Translations under genes and position numbers: made by a program
The notes under the pieces: model-generated
The model's database searches: none
What the model was told of the DNA's origin: nothing
The model's input: only the letters and a program-made list of their open reading frames with translations
DNA from: Nitrospirales bacterium
GTDB lineage: Bacteria; Nitrospirota; Nitrospiria; Nitrospirales; UBA8639
Assembly: GCA_022828225.1 (NCBI GenBank)
Contig: JAJEJG010000002.1
Location: forward strand, 20,268-84,267
Direction: 5' to 3'
Length of the DNA: 64,000 bases
Part shown: positions 35,711 to 45,633 of the stretch, piece by piece
Layout of the letters: the number at the start of each line of letters is the position of its first letter
How positions within the stretch are numbered: the stretch's first letter is position 1

Positions 35711-35809
35711 TGTCATTCCCGACATCCTTAATCGGGAATCCAGAGTCTTTGCTTTTTCCTCAGGTGTGCAGGATAAAGACGCTGGATTCCTGCTTTCGCA
35801 GGAATGACA
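35711..35809. repeat. Family-A element (A8)
   Basis: TGTCATTCCCGACATCCTTAATCGGGAATCCAGAGTCTTT...AAAGACGCTGGATTCCTGCTTTCGCAGGAATGACA. Confidence 0.85.
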
Positions 35810-35923
35810 GAAGGGGGCGTCGGGGAAATGACAAGCGTCGGTTTCTTGCCTCCTGTGTCCTAACCGAGTTCGGTGCTTTGCAAATGAAGCCGGTTGGGTA
35901 GTAAGGTACGTCGCTTACGCAAT

Positions 35924-35946
35924 GTCTGTCCTGAGCCTGTCGAAGG
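35924..35946. repeat. Family-C motif (stand-alone copy)
   Basis: GTCTGTCCTGAGCCTGTCGAAGG. The same motif occurs at 7443-7464, and in inverted orientation at 8573-8606 and 21335-21353. Confidence 0.65.
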
Positions 35947-36002
35947 GATTGATCGCTTGGTTCTCCCGTCCACTGTCTTGTCCTGACACAAAACTGAAAT
36001 TC

Positions 36003-36617
36003 ATGCCCCCTCCGGTTGTCGAAAACAGAAACAGGGTCAATGCCACCGCCTGGACGAACGTTGTCGCCTTAGGTTTCGCGCTCGCGTTGGTCAGCGGGAT
36101 GGTCGCGGGTCCGGCCTGGGGTAACGAAGGCCCGAAGACGACGGCGAAGAAGACTTTGTATCTGGCGAATCCGTATGGTTTCTCCGCACAACAGCGTGAG
36201 GGGCCGTTGCGGGTGCTTGTGGGGACACTGGAGGCCGCGGGCGCCGAGGTGTGGGAGCCTTTCTCCCGGAATAATCAGATCGATCGAACAACACCCGGTT
36301 GGGCTTACCGGATCGGACAGGCCGATCTTCGAGACGTGCGGGACGCCGACGGGCTGTTTGCGGTCGTCAACGGCTGTCCCCCGGACGAGGGCGTGATGGT
36401 GGAATTGGGTATGGCCATCGCCTGGAACAAGCCCGTGTTCCTGTTTCGTGACGACTTTCGTCGTTGCACCGACAGCGAGGCCTATCCGCTGAACCTGATG
36501 GTCTTTACCGGGCTGCCGGAAGCCGGCTGGCAGGCTTATTGGTACGGCTCAGTCAACGAGATTGCCGATCCCGACAAGGCTATCGCCCAATGGTTGAAAG
36601 ACGGCACGTTGCCCTGA
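36003..36617 (+). CDS. Nucleoside 2-deoxyribosyltransferase-like protein
   Basis: KKTLYLANPYGFS...DADGLFAVVNGCPPDEGVMVELGMAIAWNKPVFLF matches the PF05014-type core. Start is ambiguous. ATG 36003 adds a signal-like segment; ATG 36099 gives a cytosolic protein. The track start 35922 lies inside a repeat. Confidence 0.6.
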   Translation: MPPPVVENRNRVNATAWTNVVALGFALALVSGMVAGPAWGNEGPKTTAKKTLYLANPYGFSAQQREGPLRVLVGTLEAAGAEVWEPFSRNNQIDRTTPGWAYRIGQADLRDVRDADGLFAVVNGCPPDEGVMVELGMAIAWNKPVFLFRDDFRRCTDSEAYPLNLMVFTGLPEAGWQAYWYGSVNEIADPDKAIAQWLKDGTLP

Positions 36618-36668
36618 GCGTTGGTAGGTCGGATTAGCGAAGCGTAATCCGACATCTTTGTCTCTTTC

Positions 36669-36769
36669 TGTCATCCTCGACATTTTTAATCGAGGATCCA
36701 GCGTCTTTGTCCGTTTCTTCTGGTTGTGAAGGCGAAAGACACTGGATTCCTGCTTTCGCAGGAATGACA
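36669..36769. repeat. Family-A element (A9)
   Basis: TGTCATCCTCGACATTTTTAATCGAGGATCCAGCGTCTTT...AAAGACACTGGATTCCTGCTTTCGCAGGAATGACA. Confidence 0.85.
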
Positions 36770-36784
36770 GCTTGGGGATCCATC

Positions 36785-37030
36785 ATGCGTTCGAGAAAAG
36801 GGATGCTCATGCAATACGCCGGTTGGCTCGTCATGGTGCTGGGAATCTTGTTTCAGGTGCTGGTTCCGCTTGGTGTTTTTGGAAGGCCCGCGGGACGATG
36901 GTTGGGCATGCCGGCCGAAATCGCCGCATTGTTTATGGCTACGGGCACAGTAGTCGTCGGGATGGTGATCGTCTATGTTACGTGGTTGAAACCATACGCG
37001 ACACGCCTCGACCGGAACATCAAGCAATAG
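36785..37030 (+). CDS. Small two-TM membrane protein upstream of the symporter
   Basis: 81 aa from ATG 36785. WLVMVLGILFQVLVPLGVF and IAALFMATGTVVVGMVIVYV. The upstream part of the track ORF is family-A repeat sequence. Confidence 0.4.
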   Translation: MRSRKGMLMQYAGWLVMVLGILFQVLVPLGVFGRPAGRWLGMPAEIAALFMATGTVVVGMVIVYVTWLKPYATRLDRNIKQ

Positions 37031-37077
37031 CCATGGTGTTGTCCCGATTGTCGTTTATGTGTGTGTTCTTGCGAATG

Positions 37078-37116
37078 CCCCCTCACCCCAGCCCTCTCTC
37101 TCCAGGGGAGAGGGAG
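37078..37116. repeat. Family-D palindromic repeat (D3)
   Basis: CCCCCTCACCCCAGCCCTCTCTCTCCAGGGGAGAGGGAG. Confidence 0.7.
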
Positions 37117-37138
37117 ATATAAGAGCCGGCTGCAAGCA

Positions 37139-38614
37139 ATGATGATGAGCGTGGCGCAATTCACCATTCTCCTGTTGTTGGTCTATCTGGTAGGGATCAA
37201 GTGTATTTCGTATTTTGCCTATCGGATCTCCAAAAGCGATTCCGAGGATTATTTCCTGGCCGGCCGCAACATCGGCATGCTCGCCCTGACGGGAACGATC
37301 ATGGCGAGTATCTTTTCGACCGGGACGATCGTGGTCGCGCCGTCCGAGTTTTTCAGGCAGGGAGCGGGCTATTTCTGGTTCTTCTTCTTCGCTCCCATGC
37401 CCGTGATCTATTTTTTCCTCGCGACCAAAATGTGGAAGCTCGGGAAAGTGAAGGGTTACGTCACTCCTGGGGAAATGCTCGGCGATTTTTTTCAGAGTCG
37501 CTCGGTCACGTTTTGGGCGGGGGCGGTCGGGCTTCTGGCGTTGTTGCCGTATTCGGTGGCGCAACTCGTGGCTATCGGCAAGACCTTTGAGGCGCTCACC
37601 GACGGCCACGTGACCTATTTCTGGGGCGTGACGATTGCCTCGGGGTCGATTGCCGCGTATCTTTATTTTGGCGGCGCGCGTGCGGTGGTGTGGACGGACA
37701 TGGCCCAAGGGTTTCTGTTGGCTTTCCTGCTGATTCTCGCCGCGCTGTTGTCGATGAAGTGGGCCGGCGGATGGAACGCGATGGTCGATGCCCTGATGAC
37801 CCATGCTCCCCAGAACGTGACGTTCGAGGGGAAAGTATCGTGGGCAAGGTATTACGAATACGGGCTGCTGACGCTGTCGTTTCCGTTTCTGCCCTACATC
37901 TGGCAGCGGATGTACATGGCACGCTCGGCGTCGGCCGTGGCCTTCAGCCTCTGCTCTTACCCCGTCATTTTCATCATTCTGTTTTTTTCTGCCTGGGTGA
38001 TCGGGACGTCGGCCTTTTCCCTCTTTCCGGACGGGTTACAGGATGCCGATACCGTCGTGGGAGCGATTTTTCGGGAAAATGCGCCCTATTTCGGATCGAT
38101 GGTCCTCGTCGCGGCCTTTGCCGCCGGCATGTCCACGGTCGATAGTCAGATGCTCTCGGCCGGGTCGTTGTTCGTCCGCGACCTCGTCCCGCTCGTGGTT
38201 ACCGGCATCGATCAGCGCCGCAATTTCCTGATCGGCCGTTGGGCCACGATGGGTCTGTTGGTTCTCCTGTACCTCTGGAGTCTGACCCTGCAATCGGAAC
38301 CGGTCCTGTCGTTGATCGTGTTCGGCATGAGCCTGACGGTCATCTTTATCCCGTGCGTCTTCGGTATGTTCTACTGGAAACGGGCCACGCCCCAGGGGGC
38401 GGCCTGGTCAATGGGTTTGGGACTGCTGGCATTCCTGGTGAAGCAGTTCCAACTGGTCGGGTTGGATGCGTACCTGCCCGTCATGGGTCCCATTACCTGG
38501 GCCTTGATTACGGCGGTGCTCGCGTTTGTGGTGGTCAGCCTGTTGACCGGCTCCGAGCACGTGTCAGCGAAGCGTCGGGAATACGACGAACTGTTGGGAT
38601 CGGCGTCGAAATAA
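37139..38614 (+). CDS. Sodium:solute symporter family transporter
   Basis: 491 aa from ATG 37139. SEDYFLAGRNIG N-terminal SSF signature. About 13 hydrophobic segments. Confidence 0.75.
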   Translation: MMMSVAQFTILLLLVYLVGIKCISYFAYRISKSDSEDYFLAGRNIGMLALTGTIMASIFSTGTIVVAPSEFFRQGAGYFWFFFFAPMPVIYFFLATKMWKLGKVKGYVTPGEMLGDFFQSRSVTFWAGAVGLLALLPYSVAQLVAIGKTFEALTDGHVTYFWGVTIASGSIAAYLYFGGARAVVWTDMAQGFLLAFLLILAALLSMKWAGGWNAMVDALMTHAPQNVTFEGKVSWARYYEYGLLTLSFPFLPYIWQRMYMARSASAVAFSLCSYPVIFIILFFSAWVIGTSAFSLFPDGLQDADTVVGAIFRENAPYFGSMVLVAAFAAGMSTVDSQMLSAGSLFVRDLVPLVVTGIDQRRNFLIGRWATMGLLVLLYLWSLTLQSEPVLSLIVFGMSLTVIFIPCVFGMFYWKRATPQGAAWSMGLGLLAFLVKQFQLVGLDAYLPVMGPITWALITAVLAFVVVSLLTGSEHVSAKRREYDELLGSASK

Positions 38615-38658
38615 ACGACGATCTCAGGTATCATTGATTCGCGCTGATTCAACTTCTG

Positions 38659-41600
38659 GTGGATCATTTGGTGAGCAACGGCGAACGTCATCGGACCCTT
38701 TCTCCCCTTCGCGGCCTGCTGATTGCCCAGTTCTTCGGGGCGTTCAACGACAACGCGTGGAAGTTGATGGTGGCGTTGCTGGCCATCAAACAGTTGTCCT
38801 CGCAAATGGGCGCCGGTCCGGAATTCGAGGCCGCGTCCCAGGCCCAAACGACCCTCACGTTCGTCGTTTTCACCCTGCCGCTGATGCTCGTGTCCATCTT
38901 TGCCGGCGTCTTTTCCGATCGATTCAGCAAGCGGTCCGTGATCGTGGTCATGAAGGTCGTCGAAGTGGTACTGATGGCCTTGGGGACCTTGGCCCTCTAC
39001 CATAATCCTTCCGGGGGCATCCTGCCGCTCATCGTGTTGGCGGGGATGGCCGTCCAAAGCGCGCTCTTCAGTCCGGCCAAGTACGGCATCCTGCCGGAAC
39101 TGCTTCCTCACGAACGATTGGCCGAAGGGAACGGGCAACTGGAATTGTGGACCTTCCTGGCCATTATCGGAGGGACGGGGACAGGGGGTATCTTGTTGCA
39201 GATGTCGGGCTCATCCCCGTGGTTGGGGGGAGCGGTGCTGCTGTTGTTCTCGATCGCAGGGTGTGCCGCGTCCCTGATGGTCCCTGTCGTGCCGCGGGCC
39301 CGTGACGAAGGCGGGTTGCGAGCCACGCTGCAAGGGGCTTGGCAAGCCGTTCAAGCGGATCGCGTGTTGCGATTGGGCATTTCCGGCAACGTCGGCTATT
39401 GGACTATCGCCAGTTTGGTGGGCCAGGACATTCTCGTCTATGCCAAGGCCGTGTTGGGCCTGTCCGATTCCTTGTCGGGACTGCCCTTGGCGACGTTCGG
39501 AATCGGGATTGGCCTGGGATCGGTGTTGGCCGGGAAACTTTCACATGCCAAAGTCGAAGTCGGGCAGATTCCATTGGGCGCGGTCGGGCTGACGCTGGGG
39601 TTGCTTCTGTTGGGCACGCTGTCTCCGGGATTGACGGGTACGCTGTTGGGTATGGGATGGCTGGGATTTGCCAGCGGATTCATTCTGGTTCCGATCAACG
39701 CCTTGATCCAATGGCGTGCGCCGCAGGACCGGCGAGGCGCCGTGATCGCGTTCGGAAATATTTTTGTGTTCAGCGGCGTGGTGGCCGGGTCACTGGGGGC
39801 CTGGACGTTGTCCTCCGTCGGCCTCAACGCCGCCGGGATTCTGAATGCCGCCGGGATTGCGGCCATAGCCTTGACGGCGTGGGTCATTTGGCTCATGCCC
39901 GAGTCCTTCATACGGATGGCGTTGTTCCTTGTCACCAACACCTTCTATCGGCTCCGGGTCGTCGGCCTGGAGCACGTACCTGAACGAGGCGGGGCATTGT
40001 TGCTGCCGAACCACGTGTCGTTTGTCGATGGGTTGTTTCTGATCGCAAGCATCGATCGTCCGATCCGGTTTCTTGCGGACCGGCGTTACTACGAGATGCC
40101 CTTCCTGCATTGGGCGGCGCGTATCATGGGAGTGATTCCCATTTCCGCCGGAGGATCGCCGAAGGAGATTCTCCATGCCCTCCGTGAAGCCGGTCGCCGG
40201 CTGGACGAGGGTGAAGTCGTCTGCGTGTTTCCCGAAGGGCAGATTACCCGGACGGGCGGGCTCTTGTCGTTTCGCCAGGGGTTCGAACGGATCGTCAAGG
40301 GCCGGGAGATCCCCGTGATCCCCGTGCACCTCGATCGGGTATGGGGGAGCATTTTCAGTTTTATCGGCGGGAAATTTCTGACGAAACGGCCGGACCGCAT
40401 TCCCTATCCCGTCACGGTTTCCTATGGTGAGCCCATGCCGTCGACCTCCACGGCGAGCGACGTCCGGCAGCGCGTGCAGGAATTGGGCGAGGAAGCCTGG
40501 CGTTCTCGCAAGTCCGATCGGCGGCTGCTTCATCATTCCTTTATTCGTGCGGCTCGCCGTCATCCCTTGCGTTTCGCCTTTGCCGACGCGACCCGGTCCA
40601 GGGTTTCGAGCCTGGAGTCGCTTGCCGGCGCCGTGGCGTTGGCCCGGGCGCTCCGCCCGCACTGGACGAACCAGTACACCGTGGGCATTCTGTTGCCTCC
40701 CAGTGTCGGGGGCGCGCTGGTCAATCTTGCCGCCACCTTGTCGGGACGCACCGTCGTCAATCTCAATTACACGGTAGGGCGAAGCGGGATCGAGTCGATG
40801 GCCAGGCAAGCCGGGCTCGAAACGATCGTGACGAGCCGCCTGTTTCTTGAAAAAGCCAATCTCGAAATGCCCGAAGGCGTCAAAATCATTTGGGCAGAGG
40901 AGGTTCGCAAGACCATCGGGATCGCCGAACGGTTGAAGGCGTTTGCCATGGCATTGGTGGCGCCCATCGGCATGCTGGAGAAAGGCGTCGGTGCGATCCA
41001 TCGTCCTCAACTGGACGATCTCGCGACGATCATTTTCAGCAGCGGCAGTACGGGTGAGCCGAAGGGGGTCATGCTCAGTCATTTCAACGTCGATGCCAAT
41101 ATCGAGGGAGTCGTACAGGTGTTTCACGTGGGCGCCGGCGACCGGGTGATGGGGATCCTGCCGTTCTTTCATTCCTTTGGTTACCTGGCGACGTTGTGGT
41201 TGGCCGTCAATCACGGCGTGGGCGTGGTGTATCATCCCACGCCGTTGGATCCGGGGGCCATCGGCGAGCTCATGGAAAAGAAGCGGGTCACGATCCTGAT
41301 CGCGACACCGACTTTTCTGCAACTCTATTGGCGGCGGTGCCTGCCGGAGCAATTCGGATCGGTGCGCATCGTGTTGACCGGGGCCGAGAAATTGTCGGAA
41401 CGTCTGGCTGCTGCGTTTGAAGACAAGTTCGGAATCCGTCCCTACGAAGGATACGGGGTAACGGAATGTGCTCCCGTGATTTCCGTGAATTGTCCGGACT
41501 TTCGTGCAGCGGGATTTCATCAGCCGGCCTCGCGTCGCGGCACGGTCGGCCGGCCCTTGCCCGGTGTGTCCCTGCGTATCGTCGATCCCGATTCGTTTGA

Positions 41601-42102
41601 ACCCCTTCCGGTGGGAACGGCCGGTATGTTGCTCGTCAAGGGGCCCAACGTCATGCAGGGTTACCTGAACCGTCCGGACCTGACGGCCAAAATCATACAC
41701 GATGGGTGGTACGTGACCGGAGACGTTGCCGTCCTGGATGAAGACGGATTCCTGTCCATAACGGACCGGCTGTCCCGTTTTGCCAAAATCGGCGGGGAGA
41801 TGGTCCCTCATGGAAAGGTCGAAGAAGCGCTACAGCAGGCCGCCGAATCCGATGAGCAGGTATTTGCCGTGACGTCCATCCCCGATGAAAAAAAAGGGGA
41901 ACAATTGGCCGTGCTCCATACACTCGATGAATCCGTTATCCCCGATGTGTTGGAAAAAATCGCGGCGAGCGGGTTGCCGAATTTATTCATTCCACGAAAA
42001 GACGCCTTCATCAAGGTCGATCAGCTTCCGGTACTGGGGACGGGAAAGTTGGACCTGCGTGCCCTGAAACAAATCGCCTTGGAGCGGCTGTCAGCCGGTT
42101 AA
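38659..42102 (+). CDS. Triple fusion: LplT-like MFS transporter + PlsC-type acyltransferase + acyl-ACP/acyl-CoA synthetase (Aas-like)
   Basis: 1147 aa. N-terminal ~420 aa polytopic MFS. NHVSFVDG (HX4D acyltransferase motif). IIFSSGSTGEPKGV and GYGVTE AMP-binding motifs. Confidence 0.85.
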   Translation: MDHLVSNGERHRTLSPLRGLLIAQFFGAFNDNAWKLMVALLAIKQLSSQMGAGPEFEAASQAQTTLTFVVFTLPLMLVSIFAGVFSDRFSKRSVIVVMKVVEVVLMALGTLALYHNPSGGILPLIVLAGMAVQSALFSPAKYGILPELLPHERLAEGNGQLELWTFLAIIGGTGTGGILLQMSGSSPWLGGAVLLLFSIAGCAASLMVPVVPRARDEGGLRATLQGAWQAVQADRVLRLGISGNVGYWTIASLVGQDILVYAKAVLGLSDSLSGLPLATFGIGIGLGSVLAGKLSHAKVEVGQIPLGAVGLTLGLLLLGTLSPGLTGTLLGMGWLGFASGFILVPINALIQWRAPQDRRGAVIAFGNIFVFSGVVAGSLGAWTLSSVGLNAAGILNAAGIAAIALTAWVIWLMPESFIRMALFLVTNTFYRLRVVGLEHVPERGGALLLPNHVSFVDGLFLIASIDRPIRFLADRRYYEMPFLHWAARIMGVIPISAGGSPKEILHALREAGRRLDEGEVVCVFPEGQITRTGGLLSFRQGFERIVKGREIPVIPVHLDRVWGSIFSFIGGKFLTKRPDRIPYPVTVSYGEPMPSTSTASDVRQRVQELGEEAWRSRKSDRRLLHHSFIRAARRHPLRFAFADATRSRVSSLESLAGAVALARALRPHWTNQYTVGILLPPSVGGALVNLAATLSGRTVVNLNYTVGRSGIESMARQAGLETIVTSRLFLEKANLEMPEGVKIIWAEEVRKTIGIAERLKAFAMALVAPIGMLEKGVGAIHRPQLDDLATIIFSSGSTGEPKGVMLSHFNVDANIEGVVQVFHVGAGDRVMGILPFFHSFGYLATLWLAVNHGVGVVYHPTPLDPGAIGELMEKKRVTILIATPTFLQLYWRRCLPEQFGSVRIVLTGAEKLSERLAAAFEDKFGIRPYEGYGVTECAPVISVNCPDFRAAGFHQPASRRGTVGRPLPGVSLRIVDPDSFEPLPVGTAGMLLVKGPNVMQGYLNRPDLTAKIIHDGWYVTGDVAVLDEDGFLSITDRLSRFAKIGGEMVPHGKVEEALQQAAESDEQVFAVTSIPDEKKGEQLAVLHTLDESVIPDVLEKIAASGLPNLFIPRKDAFIKVDQLPVLGTGKLDLRALKQIALERLSAG

Positions 42103-42125
42103 CCATGAGCGGTCATTCTGCTCTT

Positions 42126-42296
42126 TTCCTCCCCTTTGTAAGGGGAGGGTAGGAGGGGTAGAGCCCAATCGACATGAGACACAGGCAAAGAATCCGACAA
42201 GGACTCCCAAGGACGTGTTCTGGGGTGGTTGAACATCTGCTTGCAATTCTATCTGCAGACTCTACCTCCCCTCGCCCCTCCTTACAAAGGAGGGGA
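42126..42296. repeat. Family-B inverted pair (B10)
   Basis: Units at 42126-42163 and 42260-42296. Confidence 0.85.
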
Positions 42297-42315
42297 ATCA
42301 GATGGCTCTGACACC

Positions 42316-43281
42316 ATGCTGCCGGCGAAGAAAATCATTGATTGTCACGTACACGTCGCCGCGCTTCCCGACGGCAATAACGGCTGTTACGTTTCCGCAA
42401 AATTATTGAGAAGCCCGTTGTTCAGGTTTTTGATTTGGAAGCATGGGTTGGACGTGAACGACCCGCGTAGCGCCAATCAAAGATACGTGGCTGATTTGCG
42501 CAATGAACTGCGCCAGTCGCTTCACGTGAGCAAGGCTGTGTTGTTGGCCATTGATGGGGTTTATGACGACAAAGGAAACCCTGATCAATCGGCGACTGAA
42601 TTCCTGGTCGGGAACGATTACATCCTGAACCTGGCCCACCGTTACCCTGAGACGTTCCTGGCCGGCGTGTCAATCAATCCGCAACGGCGAGACGCAGTCG
42701 AGGAAGTGCACCGCTGCGCCGACAAGGGTGCCGCGTTGGTGAAGGTGCTGCCCAATACCCAGCAATTCGATCCCGCCAATACCCGGTACAGGGCGTTTTA
42801 TAGGGCGATGGCCCAACGGCGTCTTCCCTTGCTTAGCCACGTGGGATATGAGTTCAGCCTGATCGGCAAAGATCAATCCGTCGGTGACCCGAACCGCCTC
42901 CGGGTCCCCTTGGAGGAAGGCGTCACGGTGATCGCCGCCCATGCGTGCAGTTACGGCTTGATGCTGTATGAAAAGTTCTATCCCACTTTGTTGGAATTTG
43001 TACGGAAGTATCCGAACTTCTACGCTGACATATCCGCCTTAACGCTCCCCAATCGATTCAGAATGCTTCTGCGCCTGCGGGAGAATCCTGAAGTCCATCG
43101 GCGCTTGCTGTTCGGAACGGATTATCCGCTTGCGGTCTTTCACCTGCCGGCATGGGGCCGGACCGGGACGGGTGCGTTGTGGGACATTATGAACACGACG
43201 AATCGGTTTGACCGGCAGTTCAAGGTGTGTGAGTCGTTGGGCGTTCGATTCCATTCTTTCGAACAGGTCGTGAAGGTCTGA
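42316..43281 (+). CDS. Amidohydrolase-2 family metal-dependent hydrolase
   Basis: 321 aa from ATG 42316. IIDCHVHV metal-binding start. TIM-barrel amidohydrolase layout. LFGTDYPL near the C-terminus. Confidence 0.65.
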   Translation: MLPAKKIIDCHVHVAALPDGNNGCYVSAKLLRSPLFRFLIWKHGLDVNDPRSANQRYVADLRNELRQSLHVSKAVLLAIDGVYDDKGNPDQSATEFLVGNDYILNLAHRYPETFLAGVSINPQRRDAVEEVHRCADKGAALVKVLPNTQQFDPANTRYRAFYRAMAQRRLPLLSHVGYEFSLIGKDQSVGDPNRLRVPLEEGVTVIAAHACSYGLMLYEKFYPTLLEFVRKYPNFYADISALTLPNRFRMLLRLRENPEVHRRLLFGTDYPLAVFHLPAWGRTGTGALWDIMNTTNRFDRQFKVCESLGVRFHSFEQVVKV

Positions 43282-43302
43282 ACGTCGCGGATCGGCAGGG
43301 AA

Positions 43303-43623
43303 TCAAGCCAACATCGGTCGATCGCTTCCGCAATTCCAGCACGATGTGAAATCTCTCTCGTGCGACTCGCCGCAACGGGAACAGGTCCAGGCCGTGGATT
43401 CATAAGGGCCGGCGGCGCGCCAATTTTCCAGAAATTGTTGAGCCGCGGCATAGTCGGCGTCATTCAATACCCAGAGTTCAGGAAAGACCTCGGCAAACGG
43501 GACTTCACCGGCCAAGGAAGAACCCCGCTGGTTCTTGATCCAGCATTCGATGCCCGCTTGATCCAGGATGTCTTTCAGTGACTCGACTTCGACCAAATTC
43601 GAGGAGACAAATAATTTCTGCAT
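43303..43623 (-). CDS. DUF2007-like domain protein with C-terminal zinc ribbon
   Basis: 106 aa. LVEVESLKDILDQAGIECWIKNQ (DUF2007-like). CSRCGESHERDFTSCWNCG (CxxC...CxxC). Confidence 0.5.
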   Translation of the reverse strand: MQKLFVSSNLVEVESLKDILDQAGIECWIKNQRGSSLAGEVPFAEVFPELWVLNDADYAAAQQFLENWRAAGPYESTAWTCSRCGESHERDFTSCWNCGSDRPMLA

Positions 43624-43669
43624 TGTCGGAGTTGTCGCAAGGAACGCGATGCCTTGCCTTCCTTCCTTG

Positions 43670-43840
43670 TGTCATCCTCGATCCTCCCTTCTGTCATCCC
43701 CGACTTGATCGGGGATCCAGAGTCTTTTTGTCTTTACGGACGAAAAAAAAGAAAAACCCTGGATCCCACGGATCGTCTGGATCCCCGATCAAGTCGGGGA
43801 CAAGTGTCGAGGATGACAGAAAGAGACGTCGGGAATGACA
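43670..43840. repeat. Family-A compound element with nested hairpins (A10)
   Basis: TGTCATCCTCGA...CTGTCATCCCCGACTTGATCGGGGATCCAGAGTCTTT...CTGGATCCCCGATCAAGTCGGGGACAAGTGTCGAGGATGACAGAAAGAGACGTCGGGAATGACA. Confidence 0.8.
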
Positions 43841-43902
43841 AAAGGGGGCATTTTTATATCAATGGCAGACATGAATGGGGAATGCCTGTCTACATGAAAA
43901 TT

Positions 43903-44202
43903 TCACGCGTAAAAAATAAGCGCCAATCCCGTCAATGCCAGTCCGAGAGCGGCAAGGCCGATGATCAGCGTGCGCCAGAGAATCGTGTGCAGGGCATCGA
44001 TTTGTTTCATCAATTTCTCGATGAGTTCGAGTTGCTGCGTCAGCCGCTGCTCCATTTCCGCTATGCGTGCCTGGAGGGGTTCTTCCCGTGTTTGGGGCTC
44101 TGCTTGTTGATTTTTGAGGGTCGAAATGGTGGAGACAATGTCGGGGATGCTGGGGGCGACCAGCTTGAACAAAACCTTGGCAATGGGCCACGCAGCAGGC
44201 AT
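43903..44202 (-). CDS. Hypothetical tail-anchored coiled-coil protein
   Basis: 99 aa. Central heptad-like ARIAEMEQRLTQQLELIEKLMKQIDAL. C-terminal TM LIIGLAALGLALTGLALIFYA. Confidence 0.45.
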   Translation of the reverse strand: MPAAWPIAKVLFKLVAPSIPDIVSTISTLKNQQAEPQTREEPLQARIAEMEQRLTQQLELIEKLMKQIDALHTILWRTLIIGLAALGLALTGLALIFYA

Positions 44203-44249
44203 GTGTTCGATTGTAGCCTTCCTCTCGAAAAAAGAGAAGCGGTTTTTGC

Positions 44250-45572
44250 TTAGGACTGTTTTGCCATTCGTCGAGCCAAACGGCGCTCGTCGGTTTCCGT
44301 TTCCACGGTTCCGTCCAATCGTGCATCCAAAAGCCGATCCAGGATCCGGTTGTACAAGGGCCCCGGTTTAAGGCCCATGGTTTTCAAGTCGGTTCCATTC
44401 AAGACCGGTTTCATTCGTCGATAGATGGTGAACATATCGACGATCTTCTGTTTTGCCCGGGTTTTAGCCATGAGAAACACCAGTGTCTCGTCAGGGAGGT
44501 TGCGAAGCGTCCGAAATGTTTCGGACGGCTTGACGGTCCGGTCAAGGGTCCGCAATAGGGGAGCCTCCTCGTAGGGGCGAACCTGCGTGTTCGCCCACCA
44601 CAACATGGCTTGGGTCTCACGCCGGGGAAACGTGAACCGGGCCAGGGTTTCCTGAACGGCCGGTTGAGGGAGTTGATCCATCAGGGCCATGACATAGACG
44701 ACCCATGGAGAGGCGAGCGGTCCGAGAGAGAGCCCGGCATGCCATGCGACGGCTTTCTCCACGGCCTTCAGCAGCCGGGCCAGTCCGGAAGTCCATTTCA
44801 ATTGAGGGTGAATGAATTGAAGCAGGTTGAAGTCCGCCAGCCCGGCGAGAGTTTTGACGGGCTCACGTTCCGACAACACGTGAAGGAATTCAGCCGAGAG
44901 TCGGGACGGAGAGAGGCGGTGAAACAGTCCCATTTTGACGGCTTCCGTCATGAGGACGGCCGTATCCTGGTCCAGTTGAAACCCCAGGCGTTGCTCGAAC
45001 CTGATCGCGCGGAACACGCGAGTCGGGTCATCGATAAAGCTGAGGCCGTGCAGCACGCGTATGGTTTTGTTCTGCAAGTCCCGCAGGCCGCCGTGGAGAT
45101 CCACCAAGTCGCCGAGATGATCGGCATTGAGCCGGATGGCCAGGGTGTTGATCGTGAAATCCCGGCGGCGAAGGTCTTCCTTGATGGAACTCCGTTTCAC
45201 CGTTGGGAGTGCGCCCGGAGCTTCATATGATTCGGTTCGAGCCGTGGCCACGTCGATGGTCTGTCCGTCCGCCAATGTAACGGTGGCCGTACCGAACCGG
45301 TTATGCGTGGTGACGCGGGCCTGGTACCGTCGGGCGAGGGCCTTCGCAAAACGAATCCCATCGCCTTCGACAACCAGGTCCACGTCCAGGTTCGGGATAC
45401 CCAGAAGCAGATCTCGGACGAACCCACCGACGGCATACACGCGAACGTGACGTCGCTCGGCGAGTTCGCCGGTTTCTTGCAAGAGAGAAAAAAACGGCGC
45501 GGGCACACGGTCCTTCATGTAGGAGCGAAGGCGGCGAGGTTTGCGGGATGCGGGTTGCGGTAGTGAGGTCAC
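44250..45572 (-). CDS. CCA tRNA nucleotidyltransferase / poly(A) polymerase family protein
   Basis: VYAVGGFVRDLLLGIPNLDVDLVVEGDG head-domain motif and RRDFTINTLA. Start may be ATG 45518. Confidence 0.75.
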   Translation of the reverse strand: MTSLPQPASRKPRRLRSYMKDRVPAPFFSLLQETGELAERRHVRVYAVGGFVRDLLLGIPNLDVDLVVEGDGIRFAKALARRYQARVTTHNRFGTATVTLADGQTIDVATARTESYEAPGALPTVKRSSIKEDLRRRDFTINTLAIRLNADHLGDLVDLHGGLRDLQNKTIRVLHGLSFIDDPTRVFRAIRFEQRLGFQLDQDTAVLMTEAVKMGLFHRLSPSRLSAEFLHVLSEREPVKTLAGLADFNLLQFIHPQLKWTSGLARLLKAVEKAVAWHAGLSLGPLASPWVVYVMALMDQLPQPAVQETLARFTFPRRETQAMLWWANTQVRPYEEAPLLRTLDRTVKPSETFRTLRNLPDETLVFLMAKTRAKQKIVDMFTIYRRMKPVLNGTDLKTMGLKPGPLYNRILDRLLDARLDGTVETETDERRLARRMAKQS

Positions 45573-45633
45573 GGTGGGACAGGATTTGGATCCGTGGAGG
45601 GCGGCCCCTGTGCCGTCCCGAAAAAGAAAAGGA

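Noticed and set aside
36003-36098. Signal peptide on the nucleoside 2-deoxyribosyltransferase-like protein, which would imply an exported enzyme.
   Set aside because: It depends entirely on the choice of start codon. The in-frame ATG at 36099 yields a normal cytosolic-length protein, so the claim is not supportable from sequence alone.
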